From: Myxococcota bacterium
GTDB taxonomy: Bacteria > Myxococcota > XYA12-FULL-58-9 > JABJBS01
Direction of reading: 5' to 3'
DNA: 64,000 nucleotides
Assembly: GCA_036339465.1 (NCBI GenBank)
Contig: JAYZAY010000059.1
Location: 46,471 to 110,470, forward strand
Every line of letters begins with the position of its first letter. The first letter of the stretch is position 1. The notes under the pieces are model-generated. The model worked only from the letters and a program-made list of their open reading frames with translations. It was not told the origin of the DNA and made no database searches. Positions 27,595 to 37,842 of this stretch are shown piece after piece. The translations under genes were made by a program, and so were the position numbers.

Positions 27595-30372
27595 TTAGTG
27601 GGCCTCTGCCCAATTGATACCTGTGCCGATAGCGACATCCAATGGTACATGAAGTTGTACCACTTGGCTCATTTCTCTCTCAACCAGTTGTGATACCACT
27701 TCCAATTCTTCGTTGGGAACCTCAAAGACCAGTTCATCGTGGACTTGAAGCAGTATACGGGTTTTGAGGGATTTTAGCCTAAGCCCCTCGTCGACGCGGA
27801 GCATGGCCATTTTTATGATATCGGCGGCACTTCCTTGAATGGGGGTATTCATGGCGATCCGCTCTGCGGCACGTCGTACGTTTTGATTATTACTGTTGAT
27901 ATCGGGTAAGGCCCGTTGGCGACCTTGGAGTGTGGTGACGTAACCAGTTTCTCGTGCGTCTTCGATGCAGTTGTTTAGGAAGTCCTGAATCTTTGGGTAT
28001 CGAGAGAAATAGAGCTTGATGAAGTCCCTGGCTGTTTCGCGCCCTATTCCTAGCTGTTTTGCCAGTCCGAATTCACTCAAACCATAGAGGATCCCAAAGT
28101 TGATAGCCTTGGCCTGACGACGGTCGTCACTGGTGGGGCTTTCTCCATTGGTGAGGATTTCCATGGCGGTTCGTGTATGAATATCCTCACCGCGTTTGTA
28201 GGCATCGATGAAATTGGGATCTTCGCAAAGATGGGCCATGACACGAAGTTCGATTTGGGAATAGTCGGCGGCCAATATTTGATACCCCGGTGCGGCGATG
28301 AACGTTTTTCGAATCCTTTTTCCGTCTTCGGTTCGAATCGGGATATTTTGCAAGTTGGGATCTGTGCTCGAAAGTCTACCGGTGGCGGTGCCGGTCTGAT
28401 TGAAATTGGTGTGGATACGCTTGGTTTTGGGGTGAATCATCTGGGCAAGGGAGTCTACATATGTGGACTTCAACTTACTGAGCATACGATGTTCTAGGAT
28501 CACTTTTGGAAGTTCGTAGTCTTTTGAAAGCGTTTCGAGGACTTCTTGATCTGTGGAATAACCGGTCTTTGTCTTTTTGATAACGGGGTAATTCAATTTT
28601 TCGAAGAAGAGATGTGAGAGTTGTTTGGGAGAGGCTAGGTTAATGGTGTCGCCTATTAAATCGTATGCGCGATCTTGGATTTCGCGAAGCCGTTGCCCAA
28701 ACTCTGTGGTGAGGCTTTGGAGTTGCTTAGTATCGACCAGGATACCGGCCTGCTCCATTTTGGCAAGTACACCCATAAGGGGAAGTTCAAGCTCACGATA
28801 AAGGGCTTCCTGACCTTTCGATTTTAACTCTGAATTCAAAGTTCTTGCGAGTTTTCTACTAACTTCAGAGTCCTCTGCGGCATATTCGCCAGCTTGCTCT
28901 ACTGCGACATCCGCGAACGCAATTTTGTTTTTCCCCGTACCGGTGAGTTCTTTATAGGTGATGGTTTGATGGCCTAAGTATTCCCTGGCCAAATTATCCA
29001 TCGAATAGGAAGCTTTTGTGGTTTCTAGGGCGTACGCAGCCAGCATGCTGTCGTCGTGAATGCCGTTAACTTCAATATTATAGCGGGCCAGAACATTGAG
29101 GTCGTATTTTAGATTTTGTCCTATTTTGCCTATGGAAGCATCTTTGAGGAGTGGTGATACCTTCTCGAGGACTCGGTCTAGAGGGATTTGTTTGGGGACG
29201 CCTAGGTACAAATGAGAGATGGGAATGTATGCGGGGATGATACCATCGGCGGCAAATGACATGCCTACAATATCGGCTTGATGTGCATTGAGTGAGGTTG
29301 TTTCTAGGTCAAAGGCGAATTGGGTCGTCGTTCTTAATTCGTCAAGGAGTGTATTGAGGCTCTCCATATCGAGAATGAGTCGATAATTCTTTGTTTCGAT
29401 GGCCTCTGGCGTAGGGCTTGGTGCGGGTGTGGGGTTTGTGGAAATGGCTGAGCCAGCCGTTGCTGTTTCGGAAGTGTTCGCTTCTGTCGTGATACTTTCT
29501 GTCGTGATACTTGTACTGGTGAGATCTCGGAGGAGTCGGGGTGCTTCAATTTTTGTGAGGAAGCCTTCAAGTTTTGGGGTATCTATGGGGCGCCGTTTAA
29601 GCTCGTTGGCAGAAAATTCCACAGGAGTGTCCAAATTGAGGACCGTGAGTCGTTTGGATAGAAGTGCGAGGTGGGTATTTTCGAGGATCGATTTTTCGGC
29701 GGCTTTGAGCTTTGTGCGGTTGGGTAATTTCGCCAAAAGTGTATCAAAGTCTCCGAATTCGGTGAGGAGTTTCGCTGCGGTCTTGGGGCCTATTTTTGGT
29801 ACGCCGGGAATATTGTCACTGGTGTCGCCGGCGAGAGCGAGTACGTCGGCTACGAGATGGGGTGGGACACCAAATTTTTCCTGGACTTGCTCTGGCCCAT
29901 ATTCTTCTTCCTTCATGGGATCGTAGAGTGTGATGTTGTCGGTTACCAATTGCATCAGGTCCTTATCCCCACTGACCACGACAACTTTAAAGCCTGCTTG
30001 GCTAGCTCCGGTGGCGAGGGTCGCTATGACATCGTCGGCTTCGAAGCCGGGTCGGGCAATATTGGGCATGTTCATGGCATCGACAAATTCATGAATTAAT
30101 GGAAATTGGGGGATGAGATCTTCAGGGGGGCTGTCTCGATTGGCTTTATATTGGTCGTAGATGTCGTGCCTAAAGGTTTTTTCTTTGGCATCGAAAATCA
30201 TCGCCAAATAACTAGGCTTTCTTTCCTTGAGCAATCGGCCCACCATTCTAGCAAAGCCTATCACGGCATTTTTGGGGATGCCGTCGCGGGTGGAGAGTGG
30301 GCGAATCCCGTAATATGCTCTGAAAATATAGGCGCTTCCATCGATTAGGTAGATGGTTTTATCTTCCGTCAT
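27595..30372 (-). CDS. polA: DNA polymerase I
   Basis: 5'-3' exonuclease (LIDGS, EADD, GDKD, GDTSDNIPGV); 3'-5' exonuclease FAFDLETT; polymerase TGRLSS, DYSQIELR, AKAINFGILYG, QVHDEL. Confidence 0.99.
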   Translation of the reverse strand: MTEDKTIYLIDGSAYIFRAYYGIRPLSTRDGIPKNAVIGFARMVGRLLKERKPSYLAMIFDAKEKTFRHDIYDQYKANRDSPPEDLIPQFPLIHEFVDAMNMPNIARPGFEADDVIATLATGASQAGFKVVVVSGDKDLMQLVTDNITLYDPMKEEEYGPEQVQEKFGVPPHLVADVLALAGDTSDNIPGVPKIGPKTAAKLLTEFGDFDTLLAKLPNRTKLKAAEKSILENTHLALLSKRLTVLNLDTPVEFSANELKRRPIDTPKLEGFLTKIEAPRLLRDLTSTSITTESITTEANTSETATAGSAISTNPTPAPSPTPEAIETKNYRLILDMESLNTLLDELRTTTQFAFDLETTSLNAHQADIVGMSFAADGIIPAYIPISHLYLGVPKQIPLDRVLEKVSPLLKDASIGKIGQNLKYDLNVLARYNIEVNGIHDDSMLAAYALETTKASYSMDNLAREYLGHQTITYKELTGTGKNKIAFADVAVEQAGEYAAEDSEVSRKLARTLNSELKSKGQEALYRELELPLMGVLAKMEQAGILVDTKQLQSLTTEFGQRLREIQDRAYDLIGDTINLASPKQLSHLFFEKLNYPVIKKTKTGYSTDQEVLETLSKDYELPKVILEHRMLSKLKSTYVDSLAQMIHPKTKRIHTNFNQTGTATGRLSSTDPNLQNIPIRTEDGKRIRKTFIAAPGYQILAADYSQIELRVMAHLCEDPNFIDAYKRGEDIHTRTAMEILTNGESPTSDDRRQAKAINFGILYGLSEFGLAKQLGIGRETARDFIKLYFSRYPKIQDFLNNCIEDARETGYVTTLQGRQRALPDINSNNQNVRRAAERIAMNTPIQGSAADIIKMAMLRVDEGLRLKSLKTRILLQVHDELVFEVPNEELEVVSQLVEREMSQVVQLHVPLDVAIGTGINWAEAH

Positions 30373-30419
30373 GTTCTACACTTACCCTTAGCTGAAGTTA
30401 TGTTGAACCCACTTGGGAT

Positions 30420-31409
30420 TTGGTGCATCTCATGTCGAACACTATTGGGAAAAAATCAAGGGTTGAGGCCACTCCTAATCACTATCGTACAGCCCTCGGG
30501 CAGGCGATTGAAGCGGTTAAGAAAGCTGTTTGGGGGAAGGATACTTCGATTCATCAGGCATTTGCGACCATTTTAGCGGGTGGCCACCTTCTAATCGAGG
30601 ATGTTCCAGGGGTTGGAAAGACCACACTGGCTACGGCGCTGGCCAAGGTGATTGGGGCCGGATTTGGGCGGATCCAGCTAACTTCGGATTTATTACCTTC
30701 GGATATTACGGGGATGGTAAGACCGGATTGCACCGGGCAGCTGAGTTTTGTGCCCGGCCCGATTATGAATCAGGTTGTTTTATTGGATGAGCTCAACCGC
30801 GCGTCCCCCAAGACTCAATCTGCGCTCCTCGAAGTCATGGCGGAGGGAGTGGTGACCGTTGATGGTTTTCGCCATAAAGTGCCTCAGCCATTTGTGGTGA
30901 TTGCGACCCAAAATCCCTTGGAGCATCACGGAGTTTATCCGTTGCCGGAGAGCCAGCTCGACCGATTTATGCTTTCGCTGGAGCTGGGTTATCCATCGGT
31001 TGATGTTGAAGCGCGCTTGCTGTCTGAGGGCTCTGCGATTGAAGGTTTTTTATCAGAAATGGCCTCGGTATTAACGCCGGGGATGATGGTCGCGATGCGC
31101 TGTGAGGTCGATAGGATTTTCATGGATAAGGATCTGGCGCAATACGTGGTTCAGATTATGGAGGTAACACGTAATGCGTCTGAGATCGCTTTAGGTTGTT
31201 CAACCAGAGCTGCGATGGCCTTGGCCGCCTTGGCCCGCTCCTCCGCTTGGATGGATGGCCGGGATTACGTCGCTCCCGATGATGTCTATGGTATGTTGAT
31301 TCCCTCTTTGGCACATCGAATTCGCCTCAATGGTTTGGGGGCCCAAAGTCTTGAAGACAAACAAAATATTCTCTTCCGTTTGATTAAGACCGTCAGGATA
31401 CCAAGATAA
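30420..31409 (+). CDS. MoxR-family AAA+ ATPase
   Basis: GHLLIEDVPGVGKTT, RIQLTSDLLPSDITG, DELNRASPKTQSALLE, LPESQLDRF. Start may be ATG 30432. Confidence 0.95.
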   Translation: MVHLMSNTIGKKSRVEATPNHYRTALGQAIEAVKKAVWGKDTSIHQAFATILAGGHLLIEDVPGVGKTTLATALAKVIGAGFGRIQLTSDLLPSDITGMVRPDCTGQLSFVPGPIMNQVVLLDELNRASPKTQSALLEVMAEGVVTVDGFRHKVPQPFVVIATQNPLEHHGVYPLPESQLDRFMLSLELGYPSVDVEARLLSEGSAIEGFLSEMASVLTPGMMVAMRCEVDRIFMDKDLAQYVVQIMEVTRNASEIALGCSTRAAMALAALARSSAWMDGRDYVAPDDVYGMLIPSLAHRIRLNGLGAQSLEDKQNILFRLIKTVRIPR

Positions 31410-31415
31410 ATAGAT

Positions 31416-32495
31416 ATGAGTTTCCTAACAAGATTCTTGTCTGCTCCTGGTCGCCGCTTGATAGTGCGGAAAGAGGGGAAAACAGCTATGGGGATCTCCC
31501 TCTTTGTCGGTCTGGCTGCTGTGAATTCAGGAAACAATCTCCTCTATCTCGTTTGGGGAATATCCTTGGGGTTAATCTTGGTCTCCGGTGTTATGAGTGA
31601 AATGACACTGCGGAAAATTATCATGGAAATAGATAATGCTCCCATCGCTAGGGTGGGGCGTGAAGTTTCTTTACGGTTTAGTCTTTTTAACCCCTCGAAA
31701 TATTGGACTTGTTTTTCGGTTGGGGTGGAGATCCTTCTGCGTGAAAAAAACCAGGAGGAGCACCGGATCGCAACTTGGGAATCAAGTATCAGTCCAGAAG
31801 CGAAAATGACTTGTTATTTGGATACTTCGTTCAACGAGCGAGGGTGTTTTACGTTGGAAAGGGTTGCGTTTTCGACGGCTTTCCCTTTTGGCTTCTTTAT
31901 CAAGGAACGGTTTTTTGGTTTCTCAACTGGTTATGAGGTCTTGGTGGCCCCGCAGTCTTATCGATATTGCGGAGAGAGGCGGTCTTTATCTGGATTAGAG
32001 GAGGTTTCAGATATCCCCCAACGAGGGATAGGGGCCGATTTTTGGGGGCTTAGGTTGTATCGAGATGGCGATGACATTCGTTGGGTCCACTGGAAAAAAA
32101 CGATGCAATTGGGGCGCTTTGTGATTCGTGAATTTGCGCGTGATGTTGGTGGTGCGGTTTGGCTGAGTTGGGACCCCTTGGATACCCACGCCTCGAATTT
32201 TAAAATGGAAAAGGTTGTCGCTTTGGTTTGTGGCTTCACTGAATACTTGTATCTAAATGATATTTTGTCGGGTTTTTCTCTTCCTGGCATATCTTGTCGT
32301 TTTGAGTCACATGGGAAAGATGTTTATCAGCTACTTCGCGTTTTCGCTCAATTGGACCCCTCTGCCCCGACGAGGAGAGAGTCATTTTCCAGCAATATTT
32401 CGATTTTGCATATTGGCACTGAGATTAAGGACAATACCACCGGGCATTTCATCGATATAGGCCTGCTCGACGAAATGATGGAACCAAATATATGA
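31416..32495 (+). CDS. DUF58-domain protein
   Basis: AAVNSGNNLLYL, FPFGFF, DFWGLRLYRDGDDIRWVHWK; classic partner of MoxR. Confidence 0.9.
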   Translation: MSFLTRFLSAPGRRLIVRKEGKTAMGISLFVGLAAVNSGNNLLYLVWGISLGLILVSGVMSEMTLRKIIMEIDNAPIARVGREVSLRFSLFNPSKYWTCFSVGVEILLREKNQEEHRIATWESSISPEAKMTCYLDTSFNERGCFTLERVAFSTAFPFGFFIKERFFGFSTGYEVLVAPQSYRYCGERRSLSGLEEVSDIPQRGIGADFWGLRLYRDGDDIRWVHWKKTMQLGRFVIREFARDVGGAVWLSWDPLDTHASNFKMEKVVALVCGFTEYLYLNDILSGFSLPGISCRFESHGKDVYQLLRVFAQLDPSAPTRRESFSSNISILHIGTEIKDNTTGHFIDIGLLDEMMEPNI

Positions 32496-34567
32496 GCACG
32501 AACTTATGGCTCTATGGTTCTCTTTACCTGAATGCTTTTCTCGGGATTTGTGCGGTTGTTTTGTCTGCTGGTGTTCCGGACGCCTACGAACTTTTGATGA
32601 TCGGTCCGTTGATGGGATTTTGGATGCGGAGAAAAGGGGTTCACGCACATTCATGGATTGGTGTGGTTTTAGGCGTTGTGGGTTTTTTCGGGGGCAGTAT
32701 GACACTTGTGCAATTCGGCGTTCAGGACATTGGTAGGGCTTTTGCTGAATCTGTCCTATGGCTTTTACTGGGACGAATGGTTACGGCAGATAGCGTGAGG
32801 CACGATTATCAGGTGCTTCTCTTAAGTTGCGGGCTAATCTTGCTTGGAGGGGTGCTTAATTTTGATTTAAGTTACGGTGTCTTTTTGGCCCTCTATACGG
32901 TGTTGCTCATTTGGACCCTGGTTGCCCTGCATTTTGAGACGTCGAATTCAGGAATTGAAGGTTCTGGTGCCAATGGAGGCGCGTCTGCTGAGTATTCCGA
33001 AAATATGTCTTGGACCTTGGCTGGCTATTTAACGCTTATATCGGTGGTGGTGTTTATGGTTGCGGGGAGTGTCTTTGTGGGTTTCCCTCGTTTTGGAAGT
33101 CCTGCATGGGGATTTCTACGGGGCAAGTCCGTCAATATGAAAGAGGATGTTTCTCTCAAGCAATCATTCCTAGATCCAAGTGAGGACAATTATGTGTTGG
33201 GCCGGGTCTACGGTTTGGATGAAATGATATTTTCTAAGGGACTTTACTTGAGAGGGAGTATTTATGACCGGATATCACCCATTGGGTTTAGCAGGAGCCC
33301 CGCCTCGATTTTTCGCTCTTTTGGATCTGCTGGTCGGATGAAACGTAAGTTGGCAAGAGACGAGTACGAATATGAGGTGTACGCTCAGCCGACATTGTCG
33401 CGGGCGTTATTTGTGTTGGGGGAACCTTCAATGGTTCAATTTCTAAAATACGGTGTTAAAGGGGGTGTGAGTCGTCTCGGGTGGAAAGAGGGTGTGTTTG
33501 GAGAGATTGAGAGTACCGAAGCTTTAATTGCGCCGGTCAAGTATGGTGTTAGAGGAGAGATTTTTGCCAATGGTGACGTACTTGGCTCATTAGGGGATCA
33601 GGTGTGTCTGTCGAATCCTTCTTGTCCTTTCTTAAACCATCACCGTGTCATTTCGGAAGCGTCAAAGAATCTTGTTCAACCGATTATCGAAGAGCAAGAT
33701 CTCGAAGCGCAGAGTCCCGAAGTGATAGTCAAAAAGGTGATCGCGTTTTTGAATCGATATTTTGTGTATTCACTGGAATCAGAGAATCGAAAATCTTCGG
33801 AGCCGCGGAGGTCTTTCCTTTTTGAGAATCGGACTGGGCATTGTGAGTATTTCGCTCTTTCTCTGGTCACCATTTTACGGGCCCTTGAAATACCGAGTCG
33901 TATCGTGGGTGGATATTATGGCGGCAGTTGGGATGGGGAAGACAACATTGTTGTTTTTATGGGCAGAGATGCTCATGTCTGGGTAGAATGGTTGGATGAA
34001 GAGGGGCATTGGCACTTGGCTGATCCAACGGTTGCGGGCGACCAAGGCTTGATTACTTTGAGCGGAAGCGAGTATCTCATTGAAAAGATGAGGCGTTATT
34101 GGGACGAGTATATCCTTGATTTTGGGATTGGGAATCAGGTCTCTATGTTGGAGATGGGCAGTGATTGGTTAGGAGATTCTAAGACCTACTTGGACGGAGC
34201 GAAAGAAAAAATACCCGCTCTTCTTATGTGGAGTGTTGTTGTAGGATTGATGGCAATTGCTTTTTGGGTCGTGGTCAATAATGTTGGTTTGTCACAGGAA
34301 AAAAGATTACGACGTCATTTAGAATCCTTTATCGGACGCAGGTTGGGACGGCCATTGTTACCCCATGAGAGTTTTCTAAATTTGGCACAATCTGAAGAAA
34401 TGCAACGAAACCTGGGCGCCACAGCCCAAAAACGACTCATTGCTTTACTCAAGGATTTTGAGGAAATATCTTATGGCGATGATGTGGCCGATAAGGAAAG
34501 CCTTGTTGGGTGGCGCCGAAAATTTATGGATTGGTCGAGGCAGAATCGGGGCCGGCACTCCGTTTAA
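32492..34567 (+). CDS. Membrane transglutaminase-like protein (DUF3488 / TgpA type)
   Basis: Multi-TM N-terminus, FPR motif, catalytic triad motifs GHCEYFA, DAHVWVE and ADPT. Confidence 0.9.
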   Translation: MSTNLWLYGSLYLNAFLGICAVVLSAGVPDAYELLMIGPLMGFWMRRKGVHAHSWIGVVLGVVGFFGGSMTLVQFGVQDIGRAFAESVLWLLLGRMVTADSVRHDYQVLLLSCGLILLGGVLNFDLSYGVFLALYTVLLIWTLVALHFETSNSGIEGSGANGGASAEYSENMSWTLAGYLTLISVVVFMVAGSVFVGFPRFGSPAWGFLRGKSVNMKEDVSLKQSFLDPSEDNYVLGRVYGLDEMIFSKGLYLRGSIYDRISPIGFSRSPASIFRSFGSAGRMKRKLARDEYEYEVYAQPTLSRALFVLGEPSMVQFLKYGVKGGVSRLGWKEGVFGEIESTEALIAPVKYGVRGEIFANGDVLGSLGDQVCLSNPSCPFLNHHRVISEASKNLVQPIIEEQDLEAQSPEVIVKKVIAFLNRYFVYSLESENRKSSEPRRSFLFENRTGHCEYFALSLVTILRALEIPSRIVGGYYGGSWDGEDNIVVFMGRDAHVWVEWLDEEGHWHLADPTVAGDQGLITLSGSEYLIEKMRRYWDEYILDFGIGNQVSMLEMGSDWLGDSKTYLDGAKEKIPALLMWSVVVGLMAIAFWVVVNNVGLSQEKRLRRHLESFIGRRLGRPLLPHESFLNLAQSEEMQRNLGATAQKRLIALLKDFEEISYGDDVADKESLVGWRRKFMDWSRQNRGRHSV

Positions 34568-35688
34568 TCTTCTTCGTAAACTTTCAGACCAAGATTTTGG
34601 ATGCTGTGATAGGCCACCACCAATTTTCCTTTAGGGCTAATGGCGATGGCAATGTGGTCGCCCTCGGGGCCATACTGGTCGATGGTGGTTAGTTTGACGG
34701 TCTTTCCTTTTTTACGCAGCAAACGCAGAGGGCTTGGCTCGTTGTAGGCGGTGCTAAGATCCTCGTATGCTACAACAAGTTCTCCATCGGGGCTGACTGC
34801 GGCATCGAAGCTTAGGGCAAAGGGAATCAATGGGTTTTCGGTCACCCAACCTTCGGGTCCGAAGTGGGAGAGATGTATCTGTTTTTTTCGATTCACTGAA
34901 TAGAGGAGCTTGATGCCGTCTGGAAGCATAAGGAGCTTGCTGGTCCAGCCGGGGCCGTTTTTTTCCGTTACGATACCTATTTTGAATTCCGACTTTGCAT
35001 TGTCGCGAAGGCCCATGTGGAGGATTGTGTCCTTGAAGTTCCAATCGATAAAGCTGACCCAAAGTTTTTCGTGGTCAAAGAGGGCGCTGGTTTTGACGTA
35101 GTAACTGCCGGTGGATTCCATAAGGACGCTTTTAGACCAGGTGCCATCGACTTGTCGGGTGGCGTATACAAATTTTCCGCTTGGGAGATAATAGAAGGCT
35201 ACGGGCTCTTTTTTGGGGTTAAAGAGAAGTGTGTTTCCCATACCTGCTTCGATACCCCAGGCGACGTTCTCATGTTTCCAGACTTCATCTTCGATTTGAT
35301 AGGAGTATTTTAGGTACTTCATGGTTTGGTCGTAGTAGAGGAGGGCGGCGCGATTGTTGGGATCGATGCTCAGGGATATATATTTTCCGACCGCACCAGC
35401 GGTGACGAGTGGTTTGGTAATCCAAGTCCCATTACTTTTGCGCTTTGCGTACATTAAGTTGCCATGGTAGACGTCACAATAGGCGAGATGAGGTTGCTCA
35501 TCCTTGTCAAATTGAACTCGGGGCCACCATCCGGTTTTGCGGTCTTGCCCCAAGGCGTCAAGAATCGTGAGCTTTCCCGTGGCCTGTGTTGATTTGGGAA
35601 GCTCCGGATATTTTTCACAGGCGCTAAATAGACAGGTGCTAAAAATGAGGGTGAGCACCAAGGTGAGTCTTATTTTGATTGCAGGCAC
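34564..35688 (-). CDS. Hypothetical lipoprotein, beta-propeller-like repeats
   Basis: Lipobox LFSAC; repeated [S/A]l.ld....p.l.Y...l.Ya....g.W units. Confidence 0.7.
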   Translation of the reverse strand: MPAIKIRLTLVLTLIFSTCLFSACEKYPELPKSTQATGKLTILDALGQDRKTGWWPRVQFDKDEQPHLAYCDVYHGNLMYAKRKSNGTWITKPLVTAGAVGKYISLSIDPNNRAALLYYDQTMKYLKYSYQIEDEVWKHENVAWGIEAGMGNTLLFNPKKEPVAFYYLPSGKFVYATRQVDGTWSKSVLMESTGSYYVKTSALFDHEKLWVSFIDWNFKDTILHMGLRDNAKSEFKIGIVTEKNGPGWTSKLLMLPDGIKLLYSVNRKKQIHLSHFGPEGWVTENPLIPFALSFDAAVSPDGELVVAYEDLSTAYNEPSPLRLLRKKGKTVKLTTIDQYGPEGDHIAIAISPKGKLVVAYHSIQNLGLKVYEED

Positions 35689-35689
35689 G

Positions 35690-36688
35690 TTACGATTCCT
35701 CGCCGATTAATTTGAGAAGACCTTGTTCCATAACGAGGCTGGGGCTGAGTCGTGTAGACTTTAGGGTATAATCCATATCTCCGAGAACGGTCAGGGCTTT
35801 GAGGAGTTGGGTTTGTGAGTAGAATTTAACTTGCTGTAGTAGTGATTTGACGACGAAGGGTTGAACCCCCAATTCCCGAGGAAGTTCTCTTTGGGGGCAG
35901 GAATTCTCCAAAAGTGTGTGGGTGCTGAGGAGCAGTCGGATTTGCCGCGCCATCATGACCACCAACATTAGGGCGTTGTCGCCAGCATCGAGCAGTTGAA
36001 TCACCAGCTGGCTGGCTCGAGGAAGGTCTTTTTTACCAAGGGCATCTGTGAGTTCGAAGACATTATGAATTTTTGTGAGACGGAGGGCATCGGCGACGTC
36101 GGTCTCGGTAATTTCATGGCCCACCCCAACATATGTTTGGAGTTGGTCAAGGGTTTGATGCAGGGTGCCCACATTTGTGCCGATGCATTCCCCCAGAATT
36201 TGTGCGGCAGGCCCTCGAATTTGAACGTTATTCGCTTTGGCGTGAAGTAGGATCCAGCCGGTGACCTCTCGGCGGGTGGGAGGATTGGCTGAAAAAATGG
36301 CATTTTGCTTCTTAAGCCATTTTCCCAATTGACTTCGAAGGTCGAGTTTCTCACCCGATAAACAGAGATAGGTTGAGGGCGATGGAGAGGCGGCGTATTT
36401 CATCAAAACTTCTTGGTCGGCCTTGGGGAGGAGATGAATATTTTCGAGTTGGATCCAGCGAAACCTCGCCATCATGGGGAGGGTTTGTGCGGCCTGAATC
36501 ACGTCGGTGATTGCAGATTTTTTGGCCTGAAAAATAGTGGTATTAAAATCTTGCGCTGCGGGAACGGCCAAGTCGAGGCCTTGCTTGAGGTTGGATTGTA
36601 ATAACCAGCTATCTGTACCTATCAACGCGAATAGAGACGGAGCTTGCTGGTTTTGGATGAGTTTGAGGAGTTCGTGACAGGGTTTCAT
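35690..36688 (-). CDS. holA: DNA polymerase III delta subunit
   Basis: DFN...AQTLPMMARFR, ITETDV, NVFELTDAL, LGVQPF, DYTLKS; directly downstream of lptE. Confidence 0.9.
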   Translation of the reverse strand: MKPCHELLKLIQNQQAPSLFALIGTDSWLLQSNLKQGLDLAVPAAQDFNTTIFQAKKSAITDVIQAAQTLPMMARFRWIQLENIHLLPKADQEVLMKYAASPSPSTYLCLSGEKLDLRSQLGKWLKKQNAIFSANPPTRREVTGWILLHAKANNVQIRGPAAQILGECIGTNVGTLHQTLDQLQTYVGVGHEITETDVADALRLTKIHNVFELTDALGKKDLPRASQLVIQLLDAGDNALMLVVMMARQIRLLLSTHTLLENSCPQRELPRELGVQPFVVKSLLQQVKFYSQTQLLKALTVLGDMDYTLKSTRLSPSLVMEQGLLKLIGEES

Positions 36689-37242
36689 GGGTTTCCAGGC
36701 TTTCGTCCTTCGCGGTTTAGGGTGTCGATAACTCTCCGTGCTAGCACATGGTTCATACGGATCAAAGACCGTTGTCGTCCGGTTTCTGTATCGATAATGG
36801 GATCAACCTTAGAGCCTACGGCGCGCAAGAAGTCCTCGTTGGTGGTAAACGTTTTTTTCCAGAGGATTTTTCCGTCTTTTGTTTCTAGGGTGACTCGAAC
36901 TTTCATATTGATGGTGTAGCTCTTAAATGAGCGATCGGCATTGGCGAGAGAGGTGGCTCGGGTGTTGGAGTTAAGTATTTCACAGTGCAAAGTGCCGACC
37001 TGATCTGATGGACTGGATTTTGGGATTCCGATTCGGTTCAACTCCCGTTGGAGTTCGAGGGTTAGGTGGGCGCTTGTCCCGACGATGGCTTTTTCTTTGA
37101 CGGGGAGGACCTCGATGGCTTCCAAGCCGTGGGGTTTATGCTGGTATCCCCATTGATAGCTACAGGCAGACACACATAGAACCAAGGTGAGCACCAGTGT
37201 TCGTGCCGGAATCATTTTCAGCCGCAATTGTTTGTGAATCAT
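36685..37242 (-). CDS. lptE: LPS-assembly lipoprotein LptE-like
   Basis: Lipobox VSAC-SY, size, DGKILW motif and the conserved lptE-holA adjacency. Confidence 0.75.
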   Translation of the reverse strand: MIHKQLRLKMIPARTLVLTLVLCVSACSYQWGYQHKPHGLEAIEVLPVKEKAIVGTSAHLTLELQRELNRIGIPKSSPSDQVGTLHCEILNSNTRATSLANADRSFKSYTINMKVRVTLETKDGKILWKKTFTTNEDFLRAVGSKVDPIIDTETGRQRSLIRMNHVLARRVIDTLNREGRKPGNP

Positions 37243-37802
37243 GAGCGATTTGTTTCGGTGAGAGGGCTGGTTTGGTTTGGGGTGACCTCTTCATTGACGA
37301 GTTTTGAGAGTGAGCGAAAGACTTCATTTTCTAGCAAATGTCTTTGGCGGGGGGTGGTATTGATGAATTTGAATCCGATCCGATTCATTTCAGGGGCATG
37401 CCAGATAAGTTTGGCTTGAAGCTCTAGGGTTTGTGGCACAAAGAGTTGATGCCACCGTAGGTGTTGGAGTTTGAATTCTAGATTTGAGATTGCCTTGGGC
37501 TGGAGATCCGTATCGTATAGAATACACGCGCCGGCCATACAAATATCCCGAATGGCGATGGGATGGCATTTGTCTTCGTCTCTTAATTGACCGGATCTCT
37601 TGACTGGTATCCGGATATATTGCCGGTTTTCAAACGCAGGCTGCTTCACATCATATAAATAGGTGATAAACTCGAGATAAAGTTCATGCCAGCGTGCATT
37701 TTCCGGCGGGACTAATCTTGTTTGCGCGTTTTTACGCTCAAGACAGCGCAATTCTTGGAGGGACTTTCTTCGGTCGGCACTGGTGATTTCAGGTGTATCC
37801 AT
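37239..37802 (-). CDS. PilZ-domain protein
   Basis: RQYIR (RxxxR), RDICMAGA (D-x-S-x-x-G variant), LIWH...RIGFKF. Confidence 0.8.
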   Translation of the reverse strand: MDTPEITSADRRKSLQELRCLERKNAQTRLVPPENARWHELYLEFITYLYDVKQPAFENRQYIRIPVKRSGQLRDEDKCHPIAIRDICMAGACILYDTDLQPKAISNLEFKLQHLRWHQLFVPQTLELQAKLIWHAPEMNRIGFKFINTTPRQRHLLENEVFRSLSKLVNEEVTPNQTSPLTETNRS

Positions 37803-37842
37803 CTAGCCCTTGGATCGGCTTCGAGCCTCACAGACTTTTGCC

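Noticed and set aside
29400..29520. Thr/Pro-rich insert with a 15-bp tandem repeat in polA
   Set aside because: Lies in the naturally variable linker between the 5' nuclease and Klenow domains; no intein motifs.
30420..34567. MoxR-DUF58-transglutaminase cluster as a novel system
   Set aside because: A well-known, widespread three-gene arrangement.
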